DNA from: a virus
Reading direction: 5' to 3' (one strand)
Virus record (IMG/VR): IMGVR_UViG_3300025010_000004
Coordinates: 49,295-113,294 of that record
DNA length: 64,000 nucleotides
Shown here: positions 52,816 to 62,820 of the stretch, piece after piece
Layout of the letters: the number at the start of each line of letters is the position of its first letter
How positions within the stretch are numbered: position 1 is the first letter of the stretch
The notes under the pieces: generated by a model
What the model saw: the letters and a program-made list of their open reading frames with translations, nothing else
Told to the model about the DNA's origin: nothing
The model's database searches: none
Made by a program: the position numbers and the translations under genes

Positions 52816-53802
52816 ATGGCTACTCTTGGAAAAGAATATCAGCCTAGGGTAAAAGATGCCGCTAACGTACTCGTAGGTGTTGCTCAGGTTAGGGTTGGAC
52901 GACCTTCCGTGCGCGCTGCTGGTACTGCTGCTGTAAAGGCTGTGCAGTTTGTTGGAACAAGTGCTATTACTGTAGATACTTCTACTGGCACTAGTGTAGA
53001 TATCGTTAGACCTAGTGATATGTCAACTGGTGGGACATTGCCTACTGGATGTACCTTGGCAGCTTCTGGCACGTACACTGGCGATTACGACGGTTGTTTT
53101 ATTATTCGGGTAACTGACTCTACTACCGTTGATATTTACGGCCCGAATGCCTATAAGGATGCTGATGTTGCTATTTCTAGTCTTACTAACTACAATATGA
53201 AGTTGGCCGCTGCGACTACCTCTGGTGCTCTTATTTCGGGAACTCCGGCTACTTCGCCTACGGCTGGACAGACGTTTGTAGTTCCGGTCTGGTCGGGAAC
53301 TGCTCAGGATAAGAATCAGACTGGTATCGTGTCTCCTTACTCGATGTTTTCTGGGTCTACTGAGTCGGTTGGTGGTTTGAAATCTGCTTCGTTTTCTCCT
53401 AAACTCGAATCCGTAAAAACCTTGGAAGCGGGGTTTCCGTCTGAGGTATTTGATAGGATAGTCGAGCGCACGTCAGTTGAAGTGGCTTTTGAGAGTTTTG
53501 AATACACCAACGATAACATTCAATATCTTAAAAATATGGTATCGGAAATTATTAACGAAGCTAAACTTCCGTCTGTGCCGGTTGAGATAGTGATGCGCAC
53601 GCGCGGTAATAGCTTAATCAGCTTCTGGATCAATAATTGCAGTATTACCCAATTTCCGAGCTACTCCCCGATCTCCGATTATTCAGCCCTCACTTGGAGC
53701 CTCGGGACGACAAAGTTGACTGAGATAACAGGGGCCACTTCAGAATACAATGTCTGGCTTTCTAATGCTCCTATTTACACTGAACTTCTTTATACCCACT
53801 AG
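52816..53802 (+). CDS. major tail (tube) protein
   Basis: Thr/Ser/Gly-rich, highly-expressed codon bias, precedes chaperone and tape measure. Confidence 0.75.
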   Translation: MATLGKEYQPRVKDAANVLVGVAQVRVGRPSVRAAGTAAVKAVQFVGTSAITVDTSTGTSVDIVRPSDMSTGGTLPTGCTLAASGTYTGDYDGCFIIRVTDSTTVDIYGPNAYKDADVAISSLTNYNMKLAAATTSGALISGTPATSPTAGQTFVVPVWSGTAQDKNQTGIVSPYSMFSGSTESVGGLKSASFSPKLESVKTLEAGFPSEVFDRIVERTSVEVAFESFEYTNDNIQYLKNMVSEIINEAKLPSVPVEIVMRTRGNSLISFWINNCSITQFPSYSPISDYSALTWSLGTTKLTEITGATSEYNVWLSNAPIYTELLYTH

Positions 53803-53920
53803 ATAAGTATTTGATTTAACTAACTAAATTAAAGGGGCAGCGGATTGCAAGCCGTGGCAGAGTTTATCGCCTGCCAGCCCCTTTCTTAATTAACGATACT
53901 TTTGATAAGAAGGAGTTTAA

Positions 53921-54589
53921 GTGAAGACTTGTACTAAATGTAACAGAGAATTGAGTATAGATAACTTTAATAAAGATTCTAAGAACAAGAATAGGCTACA
54001 GACTGTATGCAAGGACTGCATGAAGATTTATCAAGCAGCCTGGTACCAAGCAAACAGAGCCAAAAAGTTGGAGCAAGGAAAACAATGGCGTATAGATAAC
54101 AAAGAGCACCACTCGAAACAAGCCAAGGAATATAATAAAGCCAATAAAGATAAACAAGCCAAAGTAGCTAAAGAGTGGTATAATAACAACAAAGAGCATA
54201 GGCTTGAACTGTGCAGAATTTGGAATAGCAATAATAAAGATAAGAGAAAAATATATTCACACGTCCGAAGAGCATTAGTAGCCGGAATGCCCGGATCGTT
54301 CACTGTGGAAGATATAGAGCAATTAAAAATCGCACAAAATAACATTTGCCCTTTCTGCGGAGAAAGTATTAGTACTACTCATGAGATAGACCACATTATA
54401 CCAGTAAGTCGAGAAGGGTCTTCTAATTTCCCTAGCAACTTACAACTTTTATGCAGAACTTGTAATAGACAAAAGCAGAACAAAACTAACGAAGAATTCC
54501 TACACTACCTTAAAATAACAGACAAAGCTAAATACAATACAGCTTTAAATATAAAACTAGAAGCAACTAAATTTCAGGAGGCAGCATAA
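53921..54589 (+). CDS. HNH homing endonuclease
   Basis: KTCTKC..CKDC; CPFCG..HEIDHIIP..G..N...NLQLLC..CN..K. Confidence 0.92.
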   Translation: MKTCTKCNRELSIDNFNKDSKNKNRLQTVCKDCMKIYQAAWYQANRAKKLEQGKQWRIDNKEHHSKQAKEYNKANKDKQAKVAKEWYNNNKEHRLELCRIWNSNNKDKRKIYSHVRRALVAGMPGSFTVEDIEQLKIAQNNICPFCGESISTTHEIDHIIPVSREGSSNFPSNLQLLCRTCNRQKQNKTNEEFLHYLKITDKAKYNTALNIKLEATKFQEAA

Positions 54590-54591
54590 TT

Positions 54592-54990
54592 ATGAGTTGG
54601 GAACGCATGAATGAAAAACTTTACTCCATCAGACTGAACGACAAAATGACAGATATCGAATGTCCCTACGGCAAGGTTGAAGCAGTATTTAAAGCTTTCG
54701 TTGGCGCAGGTGGCATCGTAACAGATGAAGGTGTCCAGACTGATATTGTTGGTCTGATTAACAATTTCGCAGTTGTAGGAGATATCATTCTTACTAAGTA
54801 TGACGATAAAGGTAAGATAGTAGAAGAAGGCAACTGCAGGAATCTTTCAGCCTCAGAGATCAGCGAGCTGTTTGAGATCGGTTCAGATATAGTAGAGGGT
54901 TTTTTAAACACCATTTCCAAACTAAACCAGAAAAAGAACCTGGGAATGGTAGACGAAAAAGGTTCGGAAAGCAAGACGAAGAAGGACTAA
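54592..54990 (+). CDS. tail assembly chaperone (G)
   Basis: Position upstream of TMP; slippery GGGTTTTTTAAAC at 54897-54909. Confidence 0.75.
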   Translation: MSWERMNEKLYSIRLNDKMTDIECPYGKVEAVFKAFVGAGGIVTDEGVQTDIVGLINNFAVVGDIILTKYDDKGKIVEEGNCRNLSASEISELFEIGSDIVEGFLNTISKLNQKKNLGMVDEKGSESKTKKD

Positions 54991-55307
54991 CGGTAGATGA
55001 GCTTATCCTTTCTTTAGCAGACTGGCAACCATCCGAAGCTATACTGTATAGGTGGAAATATAGTTGGCCTGAAATTCTAAAGTTCTTTAACCGCAAGCAA
55101 AAAGAGTATGTGGAAAAGAGATCGGTAGACTATGATTTCTTAGTACAATTAGCAACCGCTGCTCTGGGTGGGAAAAGTTCGGAAGAACAGGTAGGGGTAG
55201 ACACTGGAGAAGGCATAGAGGAAATGACTGCGGAGCAGGAAGCTAATCTAAGAGCTATGTTAGGTGCAGATTTTAATACCGTCTATGGAAATAATGAGAG
55301 TAGTTAA
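54904..55307 (+). CDS. tail assembly chaperone GT extension (-1 frameshift product)
   Basis: -1 frame open from about 54877 to 55307 (..LTVDELILSLADWQP..), includes ORF 55110..55307. Confidence 0.7.
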
Positions 55308-55372
55308 TAAGTGGTGGGTTGAACTGGGTAAAGCCGAGTCTTGACCCACCATTTTTAGTTTTTATATAGGAG

Positions 55373-58300
55373 ATGGGTATGCCAGCCAATGAGCGTTTAG
55401 GAATAGAAATACAATTTAACTTTGAAAAAAATCTAGAAGCCTCTATTTCTAAGATACAAGACGCTTTTAAGAAACTAAACGATCTTAAGATTGATCTTGG
55501 TATTAATAAACGTATTGGCGACGAGTTTAAAGGAACTGAGAAGTTCTTTGAAGAGTTTGCTAAGCAAAGTGGGCAGTCGTTTAACAAGTCAGCCGAAGAC
55601 GTTAAGAAGTTTAAAGAGCAACTAGCCGCTCTTCATACTCAGTTGTCAGCTAGAAAGAATGCTTACAATCTATTGAATCTTGAAGGCGCTTCTACGGAAA
55701 TCGACAAGCATCAAAAGAAGATAGCCGATTCAGTCAAAAAAGAAATTGAAGATAGAAATAGCGCCAATCAAAGAATTCTTAGAGCCTTCGCTGCGTACAA
55801 AGAGTCTAAACTAAAAGAAGAGGAGTCTCTTAATCAGAGGTCGCTTAGAGCTTTTGCTTCGTACCAAGAATCAAAAGATAGAGAAGAAGCAGCGGTTAAC
55901 AATAGGAGCCTAAGAAGCTATGCTAGGTTTCTAGAAGCAAAGCAGTCTATGCTTGATAGGCATAACCGTCAGATTGAAACTGCGCGTAAGATGATGTACA
56001 AAGACCAAGCCGACGCGGCAATAGGGTCTGGTAGCGCCTCTGCGTGGTCTGCTTCTATATCTTCTAGGATGCAGAATATAGTTGGAGTAGACAACACCAA
56101 GTGGGCAAGTGACATAGCTACTCAAGCTAAGCAAGCCGACCACTTCATGCAGTCGTTAGCCAAGCAAGGCTTGCGTATGGTTAACGGAGAGCTAGTACAA
56201 ATAACCAAAAGTGGAAAAGCTATGAACGATATGTTTTCTAAGCTTACCACTAGACTTATAGAGTTCTACTCAATCAGGAAAGTACTGTTCTTAATCTCTG
56301 GAGAGTTTCAAACTGCTTATCGGTCAGTAACAGATTTTAATCAGGCGCTTCACGACACTGCTGCTATTGCTAACGCTTCTAATAGTCAAATGGCTAAGTT
56401 ATCAGAAGCTGCTCTTCAAATTTCTACACATTCTAAATTCTCTGCTGCTCAAGTAATGGAATCTATGAAGATGCTGGCACAGTCTGGCGTCGAGTCAAAG
56501 GATATCCCAGAGGTAGCAAGGGCGGCAGACTTCTTTGCCACAGGTACAGGTTCAACTGCGCAGCAAGCTAGCCAAGTATTAACTACAGCTATGAACGTGT
56601 GGAAGATAGAAGCCAAGGATAGCACAAAGATAACCAATATTCTTACTGCTGCTCTTAACGCTTCTAAACTAGAAGTAGGGGATCTTTCTACCTCCTTTAA
56701 CTACTTAGCCAACCAGTCGGCGTTGTTTGGGAAGTCTATAGAAGAAACAACTGCGTTAATCGCAACTATGGCTAATCAGGGGATTAAGGCCAGCACTATA
56801 GGTACGTCTATGTCTCAGTTCATGACTAGACTAGCCGCGCCGACTCCTAAGTTTAACCAACTTCTTAAAGAGTATAATATAGCAGCAAAAGATATATCTC
56901 CGAAAACTCATACTATGGTTCAAATAGTAAAAACGTTTGAGGATGCGGTAAGTAGAACTGGAAAGAAGGGAGTAGAGGTAGAGCACATATTCCAGGCTTT
57001 AGAAGCTAGGGTAGGCAGAGGATTTGCTACGCTGGTACAGGCAGGTTCTGAAAAACTAGAATTAATGGAAAAGCGTATAACCAATACTAACGCTGCAGCC
57101 GTTGCGTGGAATGAGTCCATGAAGGGATTTCATGCCCAACTAAACGTGCTCCGTAGTGAGTTAGTAACAACGATTAACTCTCTACTTTCTGGGCTAGGTG
57201 AATCATTCAGGTCAATTGGCACCAAGATGCAAGACTTGCTTGTAGGTTTTAGAACAGGAACTGGAGAAATGGTAGTTCACGCTACTGCTATGACTACTGC
57301 TATCGCCGCCCTTTTCTGGACTTTGTATAGCCACCCTATTATAGCGGCTGTTTCATTAACCCTGGGCGGAGTTCTGTTTATTATAAAAGAGATAGGAGAA
57401 GCAGCAAACAAAACCGCTAGAGAGATCGAGGCAAGCACTACTAAGATGGCCGAGAACTCAGCTGAGTATCAGCGCAAAGCGGATGCCTTGTACACTATCT
57501 TAGGGTTAGTAGACAAAAACAACCTTGCAGAAGATGGAACTGTTAAAGTACAGGAGAAGAGCAGAAAGAAAATACAGGAACTTATAAATCTATACCCTAC
57601 TTTTTTCAAGGAGCTAGACGCTAAGAAACTTAAGTACGATGATATTACCTCCGCTATTAGAAGAATGAATGAAGAGCGGGATAAAGAAATACGCAGGGAT
57701 GTAGATAGCTACAACTCAAACGTACTTAAAACTGTACAGATTAGAAGAGAACTAGCTGACCTCGAAAAGGAAAGAGATAAAGAGTATGCAGAAGGTACTC
57801 AGGATTTCTTTGGCAACAAAGGTAGTGCTTTAGTAAATAGGAAAATAAAGAACAAGCAGATTGAGTTGCAGCAGGCGGAAAGTGCTATCAAAACACAAGA
57901 TGCCTCTTTAGCCCCTAATGGTGAATACGGAAAATATTTCAACGCAGGGGCAGGGGAGTATCTTTACAAGAAGCTAACAGATAAAGAAAAAGCTGAAGAA
58001 AAGGACAGCACTAAGCCTGAGTACGTAGCTCCACTTTCTAAAACTGAAAATGGACTTACTTTAGAGGATAAGTTAGAGAAGGATTTGGATATATTTAAAA
58101 AGAATCTATCCGACTATTCTAGAAAAACTACGGAGCTAGAAGAAAAGTCTAAGATGGATGGCCTAAAGGCCACTATGAAGTTAGACGAGAAGGTGCTATC
58201 TGACGGAAATGCTTCTTTTGAGGATAAGCTTGCGGCGTCTATGCGCCTACGGCAGAAGTGGGTAGAGTATTATGAAGCTGAATACCAGAAAGATGCTGCA

Positions 58301-59539
58301 GCAGCCAAGCGTGAATTGTTGGAAAAGTCTGGGGCTTATGGTCTTTATGAAGGAAATGGTGAGGCTGATAAAGCATTAAAAGCAAGGCTTGATGCTCTTA
58401 AGAAGGAAAGAGATGATAAAGTCTCTACTATACCTAAGCTAGGTGAATCCTTGCCTGATGAAGGTAGAGTAAAGATAACGTCTGATAGGCTGGAGAAGCA
58501 GGCCGACAAGGTTTTGTTCACTCGGCAGCAAGAAATAACGCTTCGCAAAGAAGATGCAGCCACAGCAGAAGAAGTGTTAGAGTTGACTATAAAGCAGACT
58601 GAGGCACAATTAGAAAACTCTGCTGCTAAGAAAAAAGCCTACGAAGACAATATATCTAGCCTTGAAGTTTGGGTTAGTGAAAATAATGAAAACAACAAGT
58701 ACTACAAAGAAAATGTGGACGCGCTTGAGTCTCTTAAAGACAAACATTCTGCGGTGGTGCAGCTTATAAAACAGCAGAACGCAGAACTAGCTAGACAGAA
58801 GGATAATAGTTTCGGCGGTAATTTCGGTAGAGGGGTTAAGAAGGGTTCCATAGGGTTTGGCACTACTAATGAGCGTACTGAGCAGCTAGGGGCTGATATT
58901 ACCTCTACTCTAGGAGATGGATTAACGTCTACTATAGACAATATGATTACGGCCCTAGGTAAAGGGCAAGATGCCTGGCGGTCTTTCAGGGAAGGGTTAG
59001 GCGGGATACTTAAAGATATCGGAGATATGCTACAGAAGTACATAGCTAAAATGATTGCAGTGGCTATAGTACAGAAGATAATAGGAATAGCCTCGTCTTT
59101 CGGGGGCGGTGCAGATATGGGCGGAGCACAGTTTACTCCTAGTCCTTATGAAACTACCGTTGTCGGCCCTGCAGGTTTTGCTGGCGGGGGCTACGTTACT
59201 GGAGGGGTTAAAGGTATTGATTCGGTGCCTGCTATGTTGGCTCCAGAAGAGTTTGTAGTTAAGGCAGAATCTGTTAGAAAGTACGGTGTTGATTTTATGA
59301 ATGAACTTAATGAAGGTAGGGTTAAGCGATTCTCTGACGGAGGAAGTGCGGGTGGTGCGGCTGCTACAAAAGAAAAAGCAGGCAGCTCTGAAGTAGGAAA
59401 TTTGCAAATTATAAATCTCGTAGATCCAAATACAATTCCACAGACTTCGGATGCCCAGATAATAAACGTAATAAACCTTGATATAGCGAAACGAGGCCCG
59501 ACATATAAAACGATTAAATTTGCACAGCAAGGAAATTAA
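55373..59539 (+). CDS. tape measure protein
   Basis: 1388 aa, helical, TP901-like core (LAQSG..GIKASTIGT), FAGGG.V.G..DSVPAML..EFV. Confidence 0.95.
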   Translation: MGMPANERLGIEIQFNFEKNLEASISKIQDAFKKLNDLKIDLGINKRIGDEFKGTEKFFEEFAKQSGQSFNKSAEDVKKFKEQLAALHTQLSARKNAYNLLNLEGASTEIDKHQKKIADSVKKEIEDRNSANQRILRAFAAYKESKLKEEESLNQRSLRAFASYQESKDREEAAVNNRSLRSYARFLEAKQSMLDRHNRQIETARKMMYKDQADAAIGSGSASAWSASISSRMQNIVGVDNTKWASDIATQAKQADHFMQSLAKQGLRMVNGELVQITKSGKAMNDMFSKLTTRLIEFYSIRKVLFLISGEFQTAYRSVTDFNQALHDTAAIANASNSQMAKLSEAALQISTHSKFSAAQVMESMKMLAQSGVESKDIPEVARAADFFATGTGSTAQQASQVLTTAMNVWKIEAKDSTKITNILTAALNASKLEVGDLSTSFNYLANQSALFGKSIEETTALIATMANQGIKASTIGTSMSQFMTRLAAPTPKFNQLLKEYNIAAKDISPKTHTMVQIVKTFEDAVSRTGKKGVEVEHIFQALEARVGRGFATLVQAGSEKLELMEKRITNTNAAAVAWNESMKGFHAQLNVLRSELVTTINSLLSGLGESFRSIGTKMQDLLVGFRTGTGEMVVHATAMTTAIAALFWTLYSHPIIAAVSLTLGGVLFIIKEIGEAANKTAREIEASTTKMAENSAEYQRKADALYTILGLVDKNNLAEDGTVKVQEKSRKKIQELINLYPTFFKELDAKKLKYDDITSAIRRMNEERDKEIRRDVDSYNSNVLKTVQIRRELADLEKERDKEYAEGTQDFFGNKGSALVNRKIKNKQIELQQAESAIKTQDASLAPNGEYGKYFNAGAGEYLYKKLTDKEKAEEKDSTKPEYVAPLSKTENGLTLEDKLEKDLDIFKKNLSDYSRKTTELEEKSKMDGLKATMKLDEKVLSDGNASFEDKLAASMRLRQKWVEYYEAEYQKDAAAAKRELLEKSGAYGLYEGNGEADKALKARLDALKKERDDKVSTIPKLGESLPDEGRVKITSDRLEKQADKVLFTRQQEITLRKEDAATAEEVLELTIKQTEAQLENSAAKKKAYEDNISSLEVWVSENNENNKYYKENVDALESLKDKHSAVVQLIKQQNAELARQKDNSFGGNFGRGVKKGSIGFGTTNERTEQLGADITSTLGDGLTSTIDNMITALGKGQDAWRSFREGLGGILKDIGDMLQKYIAKMIAVAIVQKIIGIASSFGGGADMGGAQFTPSPYETTVVGPAGFAGGGYVTGGVKGIDSVPAMLAPEEFVVKAESVRKYGVDFMNELNEGRVKRFSDGGSAGGAAATKEKAGSSEVGNLQIINLVDPNTIPQTSDAQIINVINLDIAKRGPTYKTIKFAQQGN

Positions 59540-59566
59540 TAAAATTTCCGCCTTTCAGGTATATAA
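59537..59566 (+). promoter_or_regulatory. putative late promoter
   Basis: TAATAAAA-N14-GTATATAA before tail-tip genes. Confidence 0.7.
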
Positions 59567-59587
59567 CTATAGTAGAGGTATAAATTA

Positions 59588-59971
59588 ATGTCAATACCAG
59601 CATACCCTGTAGTAGATGCTACCACTGGGAAAAAAATTAGAAATCCGTCTCGCCCTATTACGTACGGTGTTAAGACCAGCACTATTAAAGACCCATTTGA
59701 TAGCTCTCATAGTCAGAGACGCGCTAGGTCGAAGCCTATTAATACTTTTGAGTTTAAGTATGTAGCGTTAAATGCCACAGAATATTTAACTCTTAGAAAT
59801 TTTTTCATCTCAAGACTAGGGTCGGTAGAAGCCTTTACCTGGGTCGATCCTGTATCTAAAATAACGTACAAGGTAATTTTTGCTATGGACGTTTTCCAAG
59901 CCCAAAATACTTTTCATAATGTAGCTGGGCCTCTATACGAACTTTCAATAAAACTTGAGGAAGTACCTTAA
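59588..59971 (+). CDS. distal tail protein (lambda gpM-like)
   Basis: QRR, FF..R.G..EAFTW.DP, LEEV. Confidence 0.8.
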   Translation: MSIPAYPVVDATTGKKIRNPSRPITYGVKTSTIKDPFDSSHSQRRARSKPINTFEFKYVALNATEYLTLRNFFISRLGSVEAFTWVDPVSKITYKVIFAMDVFQAQNTFHNVAGPLYELSIKLEEVP

Positions 59972-60285
59972 TGTGCCCTAAAGATATTATAGAAAAAATA
60001 CAAGTTATGGCTGCTTTGCAACGCAAGGAAATCTGTGGTGTTGTACTAAAAGACAACACCATTATCCCAATAAAAAACGTTTCAAGCAGCCATAACACTT
60101 TTGTATTTGACAAGAGAGAATGGTTCACGTTGCTAAATACAAAACCAGACATACTATGTATTTACCATAGTCATCTAAATGGAAATACTGAACCTTCTGA
60201 AACCGATTTAAATTGTCAGAACATAATAATGTACGACTTTCTTATAGTAGCAGGAAACGATTGGAGCTACACACCCTATGCCTAA
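59971..60285 (+). CDS. JAB/MPN protein (gpK N-terminal half)
   Basis: EICG, IYHSH....PS..D. Confidence 0.85.
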   Translation: MCPKDIIEKIQVMAALQRKEICGVVLKDNTIIPIKNVSSSHNTFVFDKREWFTLLNTKPDILCIYHSHLNGNTEPSETDLNCQNIIMYDFLIVAGNDWSYTPYA

Positions 60286-61363
60286 AAATCTAACCACACT
60301 ATTCAAAACAGAAGCTGTAGCAGAAGAACAATCGCAGCTTTTACATTTGATGACTCTAGAAGTACCTGATGTGCCTGACTTCACCTTTTGCGACAGCAAT
60401 GACGATGCTACCTATAATAGTGTAGTGTACTCTAAATTCCCATGTAAATTTAATGGAGTAGAGGTAACTAGCACAGGAGAGATTAATAAGGCTAATATAC
60501 AAGTCTCTAACGTAGACAGGACTATTTCGTCTATGCTAGAGAACTACAATGGTCTTAGGGGCTGTACTTTAAGAGTTAAGACTGTATTTGCTAAGTTTTT
60601 AGACACGGTAAACACAGGCTGGAAATTTAAAAATAGTGTGTGCGGGTGGGGAGCAAGTGGTGCTACATTAGCGACTGGTGGGGATGGCGTTTTAGTAACA
60701 TCTACGTCCAACGACCCTATGTTTTACATATCTAACTTATCATTTTCTGGTGCTACTTACACAAAGGTTAAGGTACTGATAAAACGAATAGCAGGTACTT
60801 CTTGGGAAGGTATTCTGTTTTATCACACCACACTACATGGGGCAACAGAATCTTACAAAAAGATAGCAGCACAACCTACCTATTTTTCTGACTATATAGA
60901 GTTAATTTATGATATGTCGCAACTTTCAAACGGCGGTGATGATTGGGTTACTAGCACCATAACCGATTTAAGGTTTGATTTTGGAAGTACAAACCAAGAT
61001 GCTTTCAAGATAGCATACATAATCGTAGAAGACGGCAATGGAAACATACTAGAAGTCCCAAACCCCGACGCTAGCACTACTTCGTTTTCAGAAGAAGTTT
61101 ATGTAATTGACTCGTACACTGCTAATGAAAGTTCTGTTCAATTTAATCTAGAGCCTTTGATAGACTTTAGCGTTAAACTACCTAGGCGCAGATATACCAG
61201 TGTTTGCTATTGGAGATATAAAGACCCGCTTACCTGCGGGTACACTGGAGAGTTGCCTACCTGTAAGAAAGATTTGGTAGATTGCAAAGCACATAATAAT
61301 TTGGCTAGGTTTGGCGCGTTCCCCGGTGTGCCATCACACGGGAGACGAACGCTATATTTCTGA
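60278..61363 (+). CDS. minor tail protein gpL-like with inserted beta-sandwich domain
   Basis: SNVDR, C.WRY...CGY....C.K...C..N..RFG.FP; insert ..GW..DP..LRFD. Confidence 0.8.
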   Translation: MPKNLTTLFKTEAVAEEQSQLLHLMTLEVPDVPDFTFCDSNDDATYNSVVYSKFPCKFNGVEVTSTGEINKANIQVSNVDRTISSMLENYNGLRGCTLRVKTVFAKFLDTVNTGWKFKNSVCGWGASGATLATGGDGVLVTSTSNDPMFYISNLSFSGATYTKVKVLIKRIAGTSWEGILFYHTTLHGATESYKKIAAQPTYFSDYIELIYDMSQLSNGGDDWVTSTITDLRFDFGSTNQDAFKIAYIIVEDGNGNILEVPNPDASTTSFSEEVYVIDSYTANESSVQFNLEPLIDFSVKLPRRRYTSVCYWRYKDPLTCGYTGELPTCKKDLVDCKAHNNLARFGAFPGVPSHGRRTLYF

Positions 61364-61391
61364 CAACTATTTGATTTTATTGAGGTTTTTT

Positions 61392-62459
61392 GTGAACGGC
61401 AAAGTATTTACTAGGCTTACAGTGTTAAGAGATGTAGGTAGAAATAAATGGGGCGAAGTTATTTGGGAATGTCTATGTGATTGTGGCAAATTAACAACAG
61501 CTACTACTCACATTTTAAATCGTGGTGATAAAAAATCATGCGGTTGTTTAGGTAAAGGCGGAAAGAAAAACTGTGTTGGAAATACATATGGAAAATTAAC
61601 GGCACTATACGAGATAGGAAAGATAAATAAGTCAGAAAGCATTTACTATTTCTGCAAGTGCGATTGTGGTAATACTAGAGAAGTTTCTGGTGATTGTTTG
61701 AGAAGTGGTGATGTAGTATCCTGTGGTTGCACTAAAAATAAGAAGAGGTTGGTAGGAAAACGGTTCGGAAAATTAGTAGTGGAATCCGAACACGGCAGAA
61801 GCAGTAACGGGTGTATTATATGGAATTGTGTATGTGATTGTGGCAAAAGAGTTACTAGAATGTTTGTGTCATTACATGAATCTTCTTCTTGTGGGTGTGC
61901 TGTAGTTAGACTAAACCAGTATACTCCTCCAATAAAAGATATTTCAGGCCATAGGTTTGGCAAATTAACGGCCATAAAAATATCAGGCAAGTCGCATGGA
62001 AAATATAAGTGGGAATGTTTATGCGACTGCGGAAATACTGTAAGTGTTCTGGTATCAGCACTAACTGGCGGAAAAACAAAGTCCTGTGGTTGTATACTAA
62101 AAGTAGATCGTACTGGACCAAACCACCACAATTATAACCCAGAATTAACGGACGAACACAGACAAGCAGGTAGAGCGTTCCCAGCATACGCAGTCTGGAG
62201 AACAGAGGTATACAGACGAGATAGTTTTACTTGCCAGTGCTGTGGAGAAGTGGGTGGAAAATTAAATGCGCATCACTTAGAAGATTACGCTAATAATCCT
62301 ACACTGCGTACAGAATTAAGTAATGGAGTTACTTTGTGTGAAAGTTGCCACGAAATGTTTCACAGTATCTACGGAAAACAAAACAGAAATTACAAATGGC
62401 AATTTGAAAAATTTAAAGAGCAATATGAGCTATCTAGACTATCTAAAAATTCCGCATAA
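61392..62459 (+). CDS. HNH homing endonuclease with four GKL..C.CDCG repeats
   Basis: Start GTG 61392; RD.FTCQCC..LNAHH..NGVTLC..CH..FH. Confidence 0.9.
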   Translation: MNGKVFTRLTVLRDVGRNKWGEVIWECLCDCGKLTTATTHILNRGDKKSCGCLGKGGKKNCVGNTYGKLTALYEIGKINKSESIYYFCKCDCGNTREVSGDCLRSGDVVSCGCTKNKKRLVGKRFGKLVVESEHGRSSNGCIIWNCVCDCGKRVTRMFVSLHESSSCGCAVVRLNQYTPPIKDISGHRFGKLTAIKISGKSHGKYKWECLCDCGNTVSVLVSALTGGKTKSCGCILKVDRTGPNHHNYNPELTDEHRQAGRAFPAYAVWRTEVYRRDSFTCQCCGEVGGKLNAHHLEDYANNPTLRTELSNGVTLCESCHEMFHSIYGKQNRNYKWQFEKFKEQYELSRLSKNSA

Positions 62460-62820
62460 ACATCTAGGAAGAGACTTCAATGGCTGTGATTGTCTAGGAT
62501 TAATATTACTGTTTTACAAAAATAGTTTAAACATAGCCCTACCTGACTATACAGACTATGAAGAACATTGGCACCTAACTGATGCTAAGAAAGTTATACG
62601 ATTGTACTCAAGCTTCGGATTCACAAAAACTAACACCGTAAATAAGTATGACATTATATTAATAAACGAATCAGGATACCCGAAACACTTAGCAATAGTA
62701 CTAGATGAAAGCTACATGCTCCACACCATAGAAGCAGGAACTATCTGTAGCGAGTATAGGCAAGGTTTTTGGGCAGATAAAATACACAGCGTATACACAA
62801 GAGGTTTACATTGCGAGTAA
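62425..62820 (+). CDS. NlpC/P60 protein (gpK C-terminal half)
   Basis: GRD..GCDC.GL, H.AI...MLH; start MSYLDY. Confidence 0.85.
   Translation: MSYLDYLKIPHKHLGRDFNGCDCLGLILLFYKNSLNIALPDYTDYEEHWHLTDAKKVIRLYSSFGFTKTNTVNKYDIILINESGYPKHLAIVLDESYMLHTIEAGTICSEYRQGFWADKIHSVYTRGLHCE

Noticed and set aside
44877-59539. Stop-codon reassignment
   Set aside because: Core genes are full length in the standard code, TAA, TAG and TGA all end genes in the window, and no suppressor tRNA was seen.
53921-62459. HNH genes as group I intron-encoded
   Set aside because: Flanking genes appear intact and intergenic space is too short for intron cores; treated as free-standing.
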